Shown here: positions 1 through 10,700 of the stretch, piece by piece
Layout of the letters: each line of letters begins with the position of its first letter
How positions within the stretch are numbered: position 1 is the stretch's first letter
Assembly (NCBI GenBank): GCA_963794945.1
Contig: CAWCFT010000004.1
Location: 256,001 to 320,000, forward strand
Length of the DNA stretch: 64,000 nucleotides
Direction: 5' to 3'
Source: Endomicrobiales bacterium
GTDB lineage: Bacteria > Elusimicrobiota > Endomicrobiia > Endomicrobiales > CAWCFT01
Program-made: the position numbers and the translations under genes
The notes under the pieces: model-generated
What the model was told of the DNA's origin: nothing
Database searches by the model: none
The model's input: only the letters and a program-made list of their open reading frames with translations

Positions 1-58
1 TATAAATTGATGCTAAATTAAAGACAGCCCAGTTAAGCGGGGCCTACCACAAATACCG

Positions 59-63
59 GGAGG
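59..63 (+). promoter_or_regulatory. Shine-Dalgarno site for motA
   Basis: GGAGG at 59-63, 9 nt before the ATG at 73. Confidence 0.7.
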
Positions 64-72
64 AAAAATCGG

Positions 73-864
73 ATGGATATTGCAACAATTTTGGGCATAC
101 TTGTCGGACTAGGACTAGTAATAATATCTATTCTCTTAGCCGAAGGTGTGAAAGGTTTCGTCCCTTTCCTGAACTATGAAGCGTTTTTTGTGGTTATGGG
201 AGGCACATTCAGCGCCCTGCTTGTGAACTATCCGATCGGAGAAATACTAAAACTCGCCAAAGTCACAAAAAAAGTCCTCACCTCAACTGAGCAGGAAGAC
301 ACCACTCAAATTGTAACTACTTTTGTTGAACTCGCCAAAAAAGCGAGGGCCGAAGGCTTCCTCGCGCTGGAAAACAATGTCAAAAGCATGAACAATGATT
401 TCCTCAAGCGCGGCGTCCAGATGGTTATCGACGGTCTGGACAAGGATTTCATCGCCAACATGATGGAAACCGAGCTGGGGCTTATCCGCGAAAGGCACAA
501 TGTGGGCCAGGAAATATTCACAGCTCTCGGAACTTATTCCCCTGCCTTTGGTATCATTGGCACGGTGCTGGGAATGATACTCATGCTCAACTCGATCAGC
601 GACGTAGAACAGGTGCCGCGCCGCATGGCGCTCGCCCTGGCGGCTGCATTCTTCGGCCTTGGCGCAGGCTACCTGCTGTTCCTCCCGATGTCCGGGAAGC
701 TGCACCGCAAATCGGAAGAAGAACTTCTTGTCAAAGAAATAATAATCCGCGGCGTACTGCTTCTTCAGTCCGGAGCCGTGCCTTCAAGAATGGAAGATAA
801 CCTAAAAGCGTACCTTGAGCCTTCCCAGAGAGCGCTGGTCAAGTCTGCGTCAAAAGGTGCTTAA
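73..864 (+). CDS. motA: MotA/PomA-family stator protein, 263 aa
   Basis: MDIATILG N-terminal TM, F..V.GGT motif, cytoplasmic KKARAEGFLALE, FLKRGVQMVIDG, PAFGIIGTVLG (TM3), TM4 ending in PMSGKL, C-terminal EIIIRGVLLLQSG. Lies directly before a motB homologue. Confidence 0.93.
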   Translation: MDIATILGILVGLGLVIISILLAEGVKGFVPFLNYEAFFVVMGGTFSALLVNYPIGEILKLAKVTKKVLTSTEQEDTTQIVTTFVELAKKARAEGFLALENNVKSMNNDFLKRGVQMVIDGLDKDFIANMMETELGLIRERHNVGQEIFTALGTYSPAFGIIGTVLGMILMLNSISDVEQVPRRMALALAAAFFGLGAGYLLFLPMSGKLHRKSEEELLVKEIIIRGVLLLQSGAVPSRMEDNLKAYLEPSQRALVKSASKGA

Positions 865-910
865 CATAACGTCATTGCCGTGATTTGTGATATGTAATTC
901 TTATCTAAAT

Positions 911-1568
911 ATGCCTTTAAAACAAAGAAACATGATTCCCTATAGCGACCCGAGAGTCTCCAAGATCGGGCATCCTGCGCCTCCCTGGCTGATCAACTAC
1001 GCAGATCTGATGACTGAGCTGGTCTGTTTTTTCATTATTCTATACGCCCTTAGCGCCGCTCTCAACAAGAACATGGTCAACGCCAAGGAAGAACTTGAAA
1101 AAATGATGAAGGACCAAAAAATGCAGGGTGAGGTCAAGATGACCAAGGAAGGCCTATACCTGACCCTCGAAGAGCAGAACGGGCACGGCCTATTTTGAAA
1201 GCGGAAAGGCTGACATAACCGAACAGGGCAAAAGTGTCCTTGCCAAGATCGCGCCTATACTTGAGAAAGTGCCCAATGACGTGGTAATAGAGGGTCACAC
1301 AAACAATATACCCATACACAATTCGCAGTTCGACACTAACTGGGAGCTTTCAACCGCTAGAGCAACGAACGTGGTGAAATATTTCGTCAACGTGGAGAAG
1401 CTCCCCCCATCAAGGCTCGCCGCTATAGGCTATGGCGAGTTCAAATCCATCGCCCCTAACGATTCCGTCGCAAACAGGAACAAGAACCGCCGAGTCGTTT
1501 TTTTCATCAAGAACGACAAACCTAAACCTGGCGGGACAACACCCTCTGAAACCGAAGCCGCCCCCTGA
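911..1568 (+). CDS. motB: MotB/PomB-family stator protein with OmpA-like peptidoglycan-binding domain; split by an apparent +1 frameshift near 1181-1183 (about 218 aa when corrected)
   Basis: 5' part has WLINYADLMT..CFFIILYA (conserved Asp TM). Removing one G from AACGGGCACG gives ...EEQNGTAYFESGKADIT...VVIEGHTNN...NWELSTARA.NVV...RLAAIGYGE..PN...NRNKNRRV. Start at ATG 911 is inferred. Confidence 0.88.
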
Positions 1569-1698
1569 TCTGGAACCACTATACAACACTTCAAAAATCT
1601 CGATTATAACATCTAATTGTTTTTGAGAGATATTTCATAGGCGTACCGAATCATAATTTAAACTCCTCTCTTATATTTTCTTGCCGTCCATGGCAACA

Positions 1699-1740
1699 AA
1701 TAAAATAAACTCCCCAATATTTTAGGGAGTTTATTTTATT
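1699..1740. terminator. Probable bidirectional intrinsic terminator between motB and the giant gene
   Basis: Perfect 16-bp inverted repeat AATAAAATAAACTCCC (1699-1714) / GGGAGTTTATTTTATT (1725-1740), 10-nt loop, T-rich tail on both strands, between convergent genes. Confidence 0.85.
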
Positions 1741-1777
1741 GCTCACTTTCATTGGCACTTAGCCGCAGCTTAATTTT

Positions 1778-2100
1778 CTAGTGTATTATACCTATCTTCC
1801 TTATAGCGGTCACAACACCCTGGTCGGATTTAACTTTTATCTGCGCTATGTATCCGCCTTTCGCGACCTTCATGCCGGACCCGTTAGAACCGTCCCACTG
1901 AACACGGTTCGCTCCCTTGCTTCCGCCTTGAGAGCCCGCGGCAAAAGTCCACGAATTGACCAGATAACCGAGCAGGTCGTAGAGCGTGATAGTCACTTCC
2001 GCGTCCTGGTTAAGAATATATACGATATTTGTCTTTGCCAGTTCTCCGCCTTTTCTTGTGTCAACAGGGTTCGGGAAGTTAGACACCGACGAAATAACCG
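1778..2100 (-). other. C-terminal FlgD-Ig-like / T9SS CTD-like sorting domain of the giant protein
   Basis: SNFPNP...TNIVYIL...EVTITLYDLLGYLV...GANRVQWDGSNGSGMKVAKGGYIAQIKV...KIGIIH-stop fits the PNP / IYD..G..V / WDG....G..V..G.Y / K-hydrophobic end pattern. Confidence 0.8.
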
Positions 2101-4762
2101 ATGTCGGCAGGCCGGTAGTCGCGGGCGCTGACTCTGCGGACCAGGGGCCCCATGTGCCCGCGTTGTTCTGTGCCCTTATACGGTAATAGTAGAAGTGCCC
2201 TTGCGGCCTTGGGTTATCCGCGACAGAATTCCCGTTCACATCATGAGCAACACCATCGCCAACGTTAATGCTGAAGTATGAACCGCCTACAAAGTCAACA
2301 TCTTTCCAAACGGGGTTGGTATCGCAGCGCTCCTGGATCTCGTACAGCGACACGCCTGACTTCCAGTTTGGCGTTGGGGTCCAAACTACCTGATATATTC
2401 CTTTTGTCGCAGGCTGGGCCCCAAGTTGAGCTGTAGCGGGTATAACGCTTGTCGGCGCAGCGGGAGCGGAAAGGTCAAGCCTTAAAACACCCCAGGTTAC
2501 GGGCGTTTCACCCGCAAGGTCAGTTTCTGCTTTCACCTGGAAGAAATATGCGCCGTTCGTTACCTGTACCCCCTTGTAGTGGTTCTGTATTGGAGTGCCG
2601 AAACAACCGCGGGTTATATTATTTAATACGTTCGTCGCTTTGCCTGTAAAAGAGATTATCTCCTTGTCTATATAGATATACCCAACGCCTCCGCTTATAT
2701 TGAACCCGGCTGTGGCATCCTGTCCATAATTTGGATGGCCCGTAGGATACTCGACAGATACGCTTCCTGCCGTCTGGGTTGCAAGGAAGTCATCTGCGAG
2801 AAATACCACAACGGGTTCTGTAAGCGCGAGCCCATTTACCTGAATGGCCGGGCTGGCCGTTGAAGCCCATCCTCCAGAACCAAGTCCGCTTGACGCGTCT
2901 TGTGTTGTAGGACGCGTGCCAATTGCGGCCTTATAAGCGGATACATTTGCGTTTTGAACTTTTAACACGTTCCAATTCGCGTTAACTGTTGTATTAGAGT
3001 TCCACCACACCGCATCATTTATGCCCGGCAGATCGGTGCGCAGATTAACAGCAAGAATGTTGAGGTCAGAAATGCTCGTGTTAACTGAATTGTACGGGAA
3101 CGCGTTAGTCCCGGCTGACACCGCGGTGATAGGTGTAATGTTCATAGCCGGGTATGATACCAGCTGCAAGCCGGCCGTATGGCCAAAAGTAGGTTTTCCG
3201 CCGAGATCGCTCGTGCCTATGTCAACGCTCACGTAGAATATCTGACCGCTTGTGCCCACCTGCGCGCCGCACTGGAGCGTGACAATGCCTCCCGCAAAAT
3301 AACTTGTAGTGTTCGGATCAAGAAGCGGGGTGTTTATCTGCAGCCATCTCTTGTTGGGAATACTGCACAGGCATACATCCGCAGTTGAGCTGAATACTCC
3401 GGAGCCATTGTCTTGCCAAAGCTTAATGCGCTCGAAATCTCCATCACCCAAACCGAGATAATATCCCACCGTGCTGGGGTTAGAAGCTATCGAGCCCGTC
3501 TGCTGAATAGTAATTGAAGATATTGTCACGCTGTGCGCGCTGGGCACAAAACGCAGCTGAAGCACGCCTACATCTTTTGTGCCCGGCAGGTTCACAAGAG
3601 GGGCGATGCTTGTGCCCTGCACAGTAACGTTTATGGGGAGTATCTGCGCCAGAGAACTGACAAAATTACCTTGCGAATTGAATGGCGCAGTTGTAGGGAA
3701 AGGCGCAACGTTATTAGGCGCCGCAACGGTAAACCATGAGGGGGCGGCTATCTCAACGCCTAAGCTGTCGCCCGCGTACGCCGTGGGTGAAATATCATAG
3801 ACAACAAAATAGGTTTGCCATGACGGTTTCAGGCTTTGAGGCACAGTAAGATTGATGTCCAATGTCGGGCCCGCGCTATCCGCAGGGAAGTAGTCCGTAC
3901 CTGAAGAAATAAGCGTGTCTCCTGCAGATAAAGTGCCGCTGTTGTCTGTATCAGCATAGATTTTCACGTCCTGAACATCGGAATTAGTTCCTCCTGCAGG
4001 CTGGTTTGACGCTCCGGAACCTATCCTTTGTATCCTTAGTTTTGACCATACTGCCTGAGAAACATTACTCTGCATACGGAATTTCAGCACGACAACGTTG
4101 GTATCTCCCTGTGTAACGTTAACACCGGAAAGGACATCCTGGCTGGTCGATATATTCTGCCATGGCCATGGCTGAAATGTGACATTATTTGCATATTGGA
4201 CTATAGGAATATTAGGCGTTTGGTACGGAGATGCCTTTTGGAACGACACGAGGCCAGGAGTGTCAACCGTGATGTAGCCAGTGTTCGCTATCTGCAACCC
4301 TACTGTATCTCCTACAGTTGCCAGTGAGTTCAATGTGTAGGTAACGAAATAATTCACTGTACCCGTAGAAGGTATTATCTGCGGGTTTTTAAGCGTTATG
4401 TAGCAGGTCTTATTGGAGAAGTTCTCTGTGCCGTTAGATATAAGGCCGGGATAATTGCCGCTGGCATCCTGCGTTGAATCCACAGAAGTGAAATTACCGT
4501 CTCCATCCAGGTCTTTCCATATCTTCACCAGAGAAATATCGTTATCGACACAGTTACCCGTAAGGTTAAGCTTAATACCCTGCCAGATATTTGTATTCTG
4601 GTTCGCGGTCATTGTCAGCTCCATTATCGCGGTATCCTGGGCATTCTGGATTATGCTGGCAGGTTCAACAATGTTATAACTGACGCTCATTGTATTAACA
4701 GTCAAGCTTAAGTATGAATATCCGGACTGGAACGGGAACGGAGCGGGAAGAACTGTATGCAC
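1778..4762 (-). CDS. Giant-gene fragment: last class C repeats, FN3-like domain and C-terminal sorting domain
   Basis: 994-aa ORF ending at the gene's TAG; joined to the upstream piece by a 1-bp indel near 4775. Confidence 0.75.
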   Translation of the reverse strand: MHTVLPAPFPFQSGYSYLSLTVNTMSVSYNIVEPASIIQNAQDTAIMELTMTANQNTNIWQGIKLNLTGNCVDNDISLVKIWKDLDGDGNFTSVDSTQDASGNYPGLISNGTENFSNKTCYITLKNPQIIPSTGTVNYFVTYTLNSLATVGDTVGLQIANTGYITVDTPGLVSFQKASPYQTPNIPIVQYANNVTFQPWPWQNISTSQDVLSGVNVTQGDTNVVVLKFRMQSNVSQAVWSKLRIQRIGSGASNQPAGGTNSDVQDVKIYADTDNSGTLSAGDTLISSGTDYFPADSAGPTLDINLTVPQSLKPSWQTYFVVYDISPTAYAGDSLGVEIAAPSWFTVAAPNNVAPFPTTAPFNSQGNFVSSLAQILPINVTVQGTSIAPLVNLPGTKDVGVLQLRFVPSAHSVTISSITIQQTGSIASNPSTVGYYLGLGDGDFERIKLWQDNGSGVFSSTADVCLCSIPNKRWLQINTPLLDPNTTSYFAGGIVTLQCGAQVGTSGQIFYVSVDIGTSDLGGKPTFGHTAGLQLVSYPAMNITPITAVSAGTNAFPYNSVNTSISDLNILAVNLRTDLPGINDAVWWNSNTTVNANWNVLKVQNANVSAYKAAIGTRPTTQDASSGLGSGGWASTASPAIQVNGLALTEPVVVFLADDFLATQTAGSVSVEYPTGHPNYGQDATAGFNISGGVGYIYIDKEIISFTGKATNVLNNITRGCFGTPIQNHYKGVQVTNGAYFFQVKAETDLAGETPVTWGVLRLDLSAPAAPTSVIPATAQLGAQPATKGIYQVVWTPTPNWKSGVSLYEIQERCDTNPVWKDVDFVGGSYFSINVGDGVAHDVNGNSVADNPRPQGHFYYYRIRAQNNAGTWGPWSAESAPATTGLPTSVISSVSNFPNPVDTRKGGELAKTNIVYILNQDAEVTITLYDLLGYLVNSWTFAAGSQGGSKGANRVQWDGSNGSGMKVAKGGYIAQIKVKSDQGVVTAIRKIGIIH

Positions 4763-7700
4763 TACGTTTCCTCCGGCGGATTAACTTCAACATTATCGCT
4801 CGTATTGCACCCTATGCTTATTACCGAGCCTTTGCTTGAAGTTTGGTTGACATCCATAGTAACCCAGTAAACAGTCGGCGTGGCCGATATCAGCACATAC
4901 GTGTTACCTGAACCGTCAACTCCATCACCGGCAAGGCGTACGCGAGATTGGCCTGCATACGTGTTGCCGAATACGCAGGAACCGGTTGAAATTAGTGTCT
5001 CAGCCCCAATAAGCCCGGTTATGGGGTCGCGGTTGAGCACACCGCTGCCGTTATCCCTCCAGACCTTTATTGCCGTAATATCAGTGTCTTTCCCTGAAAG
5101 GCCTGCCGGCACCAAACGGCTGAAATCTACGGCATACCATGGCACCTGATACCCGTTACACGACAAAGTAAGTTTGAGCATAGGAGCATTCAGTGTACCC
5201 TGTTGGTAGGAGGGCGCAACCTGAGTCCCTGCGCTGTGCGGTACAACCAAAGTGTTCCATGCTCCGCGCGTAAGGCCGGTAAATGAATTATTCCCTGTAT
5301 TGACTGAAGTATAGAGTATTATTTCTGAGTCAATAACCAGCCCGCCGCTGGTAGGGAAATTAGCTACCGGTGAACTAATAAATATGCTGGTGTCCGCCGT
5401 GCCGAGGCTCTGAGCAAGAGGCGCGACGTTCAAGGCTTGAGGCACGACAGTTACCTGCCTAGGCGAAGCGGTGATAGTGCGCAAGGTTGAAACCGTAGGG
5501 TTGTTAACCGTTCCCAGGGTATTTGGAGTTGCGACCGTCATGCAATTTGATGCAAGGCTTGCGCCCAGAGTATTTTGTGGCAGCGCCGTGCTGTTTATAT
5601 CATAAGTAATAAAGAAACGCATTGTCCCTCTTGCCGCAGTTATGAGGTCGCTGAACACGTTCGGCGTCACGGTGCTCACAGCAGCTGTGTATGGCGACGT
5701 TGAAAGCACTATGGCATTCGTAGAGACAGTGATAAGCGCCTGGCCGGCGTTGCCCACGTTGCCGAAATAGCCCTGGCCAATTACATAATCGTTTGTAGTG
5801 CCGAGATCGAGTATAGAATTATTATTGCCGTCAAACCATAGCTTGACCGCCGTCACGTCGGAATCCTGCGCCGTGCCCGTGCGGTTGACCGTCAGCGTTT
5901 GGAAATACGCGTCGGACTTAGCCGTCTGGGCTGTAAACGTGAACACGCACTGATTGGTCGCACCCTGCATCAAGCCGGGGCCAAGCGTTGACTGTTGCGG
6001 ATTAACCGTCACGGTATCCGGATATTTCGTAACGCGGTCTATCGTAGAATAGAACGACACTGTCTGCACCTGTTTCGGCGCGTTCACCTGGAAATAAGAC
6101 GTATTGTTAATGTTGAGGCCTATCTGGGTTTCACCGAGGTTCGCTAAATAATCTATGTCGTATGTTATGAAATACGTTTTATCTTCGGCCATATCGCCCA
6201 TCGGCGATGTCATTATCTCCTGGCCGTTCTGGGTGCCTATGATCGGGATAACAACAGTTGAAGAAACAAACACCCATGTTCTGCAACGGCGACGATACAA
6301 GCTTATCCACTCCCGGTTCCATAAGGCCGTCACCGGTCGCCGTAACTGCGTCTCCCACAGAGTGGATTATCGGCGCCGTGTTTATGTATCCTCTTGAGAA
6401 AACATCCACTGATGTCGAAGAAAGTATCGTGTCATAACGCATGATCTCGTTGCCTATATAAAGAACACCGTGTGGCCCGAAGAAATTCGTCGTAGTCAGA
6501 TAAACAGTTCCGGTAGTTGCCGTCGTCATAGATTGGGCTAGTTGAGCCACACCGCAGTCCTGATAAACCTTTACAGCGTCCACATCGCTGTCGGAGTTCA
6601 GGCCGACGGTATTCCTGCGGTCAACCCTCAAACCGGACCATATAACGCTCTTAGCGCTGGTCTTTAGTTTCATGCGTATAAGCGGCACATTCGCCTGGCC
6701 CTGGGTAACCGCTCCGATACCAAGTGTAGCGGCATTGTCAACATTGTCAATAATAAGGCTGTCCGCGGTAGCAACCAGCTGGCATATGCTGGATGTCGCC
6801 GGGAAAAGGGCATATTGCGAGGGCACGGTGTTAGCCGCCATTACGCCTTCGTTGAAATGGAAGTTTTCCTTAGCTTCTATTTCCACCCCCAGTGTTTTGG
6901 TAATATCCGCCCCGTCAGCCGTTCTGGTAAACAATATAGAAATACTGTGTGGCCTGTGCTATCAAAGCAGGAGTATTAAGCGTTATATGCGCGATTCCCG
7001 TGTTGAATACCGACGGAGGGCTTATCGGCAAACTGCCGCCGCCGAACTTAAAGATACCCGTGCCGTCATCACTGTACAACATACATGAAACAACGTCATT
7101 ATCACCGGCAGTGCCTGTCATGATTACATCGACTCCGGTCCATATAGCGTTGTACTCGGGTGTCCAGAGGCCGATCTTCATCATTCCGGTCGCCGGATTA
7201 CCCTGTTGTATCGTCGGATACTGTGCAAGAGGTAGAGGACCGGAAACACCGTCGGGGTCATACCATGACGCGATATCTTTGACAGCAAGATAAACCGACG
7301 GCGGCTCTGTTTGGACCGTTGACGAAAAACTTGAGAACGGGAAATTGTTCACGGCAAGCTTCGCCACGCCCACGGGCGTTACAGCTCCTATCGGAAGGGT
7401 CAACTGCAAGGTCGCATTCTTTGTTGCAGTTGACGTCAGGCGCACGCAAATGAAATATGTTTGCAGGCTCTGTGTTATCTGCTGTATGTGCGCCGCATCC
7501 AACGGGATTATAAGAGTACAAGTATTCTGTGTATTGTCAACGAAAGTTCCACTCGACAAGAACTCATCTGTGGCGCTGCCATAATTACCCAGAACTGTAT
7601 CTCCTTCGAACATCCCGTCACCATTGGCATCCCTGTACAGGTCAACTTCCGCTATGCTGTCGTACCCTAATGAAGTGCCTGCGATATAAGTTTTATTCAC

Positions 7701-10700
7701 TGTCAGCGCTATCCATGTTGCGGAAGACAACACAAGCGCATTGACCGGGTTGATCTGCAGCTGCATCCTTATCATAGGCACGGGCCCGGGCCTGCTCGGC
7801 GTGGTACCATCCCCCTGATAGAGGCTTGTCGCGATACCTATATTCTGCTTTGCGGGGTTATTCGATTCAGGCGCGAAATCTTGAGGGGTCATAACGATAC
7901 CTACCGTTACCACGTCGCCGCTGTTTGATAGATCACGCTGGTCGCTGGTGTACCCGTATATATTTGAGTTCACGTAATCTGTCGCTCCAAGCCTGATCGT
8001 TTCCTGTTTCGTGTCCATTACCTGCAACGTTATCAGTTCCCCGGGCACCGGCTGGTTAGTATTAGGGGTTTGAGAGAACGTGAATGTGTTTGTACTGACT
8101 CCGGCTATCAACATATTTGCGGTTGTTGTTGACCCGCTGTTCCAGAACAATACTTTCCCGTTATAATAATTACCGTTTATGGGGTCACCGCACGCCGCGT
8201 TGCCGTACAGATCGCGGGCCTGCACTGTAACCGGGCCGTACGACAAAACAGGCAGCGGACTTGAAATAGAATACGGATGTTCAAAAGAGAAACGCTGGGC
8301 TGTATTTGGCGTGATAGTAGTTATCTGCACGCCTGTTTGGAGCCCGTTTATCCAGGCAGTGACAGGCACCGTACCGACAATATTCGACTTAAAGTAGAAT
8401 GATGCTTCAGCCTGGCCCGGAGTAAGCGTTGCGATATTGAGCGGTGTTTGGTTAGGGTCAACCGGATAATAAGTATTATTATCGGACGACGCCTGGGCGC
8501 CTGATTGTAAAGGCGGCGAAGCCGCAAGCACGTTAATATTCAGCGCACCGGCAGTCACCGTTGAGCGGTTGCTCCAGAAATCCTGCAGCTGAACAGTGAA
8601 CCGCGTGTCAGTGGAAACCCCGGAAGTGTAATCAGGGTAATACTCTATCGTGGTCCCGGCGATAAGCCTGCGGCCCGGGTTAATGAACGCGAGTTTATAA
8701 GGAACGTTCGCCTGCACATTGTAGCCCAGCTGGGCCATTTGCCAGTTACGAGATGAGAACACATGCACGTCCGCGGACAGCACATAACCGCCGGTTATTG
8801 TGTCTACGAAACTGAACGCACTTGAGGTAGTGCCTGTCGTTATCAATATGGTGCCGGTCGTGTTCTGCCAGCCATAGGCATCGGTGTAATATTGTCTTGC
8901 TCCCTGTGAATTTGATGATAGGCCTAAACGCACGCCGCTATAACCTGTATCTGGGGTGACTATAGGGGACGGGTTTGAATACGCATCCTGTGTTTGGAGC
9001 GTAAACGGCACTTCACCCGTGGTTGTGCCAGCCGTAAGGGTTTGAACAAACGTAGGTGTCGAGAACGCGATCTTGTATATAGGAGCCGCTATGATATCTT
9101 CCACCTGAGACCCACTGTAATGGTTCATATCGGTCGTTACAGCTGACAAGGTTGGGCCGGAGCCTGGCGGCACATAAGTGTTGCTAGCGCGTGTATCCTT
9201 GTAATAGAAGTTAACAAAATATGTATTAGTGGCAATCTCCACCTGCGTGACTTCACTCCAGGACGTGCCTCCAGCCGTTCCGCTTGAAAGAGAGAATCCC
9301 CAATAATCCGTAGTTGGCGACTGCAGGCGGACAGTTGAAAGGCTGGCGAACAGCGACGTAGTTGTGGAAATCGTTGGGTTTCCAAACTGGTCCTGAGGCT
9401 GCAGCTCCAGGGCCCTTGTCACCCCAAAGTTGTCGTAAACAGTATTCGCCACCTGTGTGCTCTGCGTGTTGCTGAAATCAAGATGAGTGGTTACGTTCGG
9501 GTCGACTATAAGCGAACCCAAGGCTTCAATGAGGTCACCCTGGGCATGAAGTATCCACGCGCCCGGCCTGTCATTTTCGCCTATAGGGTACGAAGACATA
9601 TCATCATAATAATAGAAACTTTCAAATGCATCCCCGGGCTGAATAACGAGCTGGTTACCCGAAAGAGGATTATCGTATGAGTTATAGAACGCCTTGTTGG
9701 GGCTGAGAGATTCCGAGAACAAAGTTACCTGGTCCTGGCCCTGTTCCGTGGGGTTGCCAAACCCGTCATATCGGTAAACCTGTATGGACGGGGTTTGTTT
9801 GCCGGCCGTAAGGTTAGTTGGCATATTTTGGAAACCGAAACAGTAGGGGTCTCCGCCGGTAGTGATAAAGCGGCCCGAAATATTTATGTAATTTGGCTCT
9901 ATATAGGAAGACACATTGCCGGGCGCGGTGAACGTTCCGATCCATATTCTTGAATAATCCCCGGCATGCGTGGAAACGTAAACGTAGAAACTGGGATACA
10001 CACCGACCGACCCGTTCGCGTCAGTTGTAGTAGAGACCCAGATTTTCCCTGAGGTGTCCTGTACAGAAGCCAGGTTTCCGGATGAATCCGCTACGTTGAA
10101 GTACACCGTCACGCCGCTTGACAGAATACCGTTATTGAAGGGGTCGACCATCTGCCCGGCCAGGCTGACATTTCCCGGGTTTGAAGGCGAACCAGCCGGC
10201 ACCAGCATTCCGCCAGTAGGCGTTGACGGGTTCGCCGGGTCAGTTGAAACGGATATTTTATAGAAGCTCCCGGGGTTAATTGTTATGAACGACAGGCTTG
10301 CATATCCGGCGCGGTCGGAAGCAATACTGGTATATAATCCGCCGTAAGATGCATCAAAGCACTTGAACCATTGCATCGGGTAAGTAACGTCATCCGCTTT
10401 CCTCATAACTATGCCTTTTACGAAATTGTGTTGTCCAAAATCGTTCTCGACAAAATAATAGTTGAGCGGCACGGTAGGCGTTCGGGGTGCAGGGAAATTA
10501 TTTGCCAAAAATTGGATATAGTGGCTGCCGGCAACATAGCTGTCCCAGCTGGGCCCTGTGGAAACAAAGTTGCGGTACTGGTCGTACGCTTTCACCAGCA
10601 CGTCAAAACCAGTTCCTGCCACAACTGGATTCGTAGCGTAATTCAGTGTGAAATAATAAACGGCTGCGGGCCAGATGCGGACGTTAGAGGACGTATTGGA

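Noticed and set aside
283..705. Minus-strand ORFs inside motA (283-705, 306-521)
   Set aside because: They are shadows of a well-supported gene.
1181..1183. Programmed frameshift or phase variation in motB
   Set aside because: The site is only a GGG run with no slippery heptamer or long tract, and similar indels occur all over the window.
1432..1626. 64-aa ORF overlapping the 3' end of motB
   Set aside because: It is an alternative frame of motB running into the AT-rich intergenic region, with no support.
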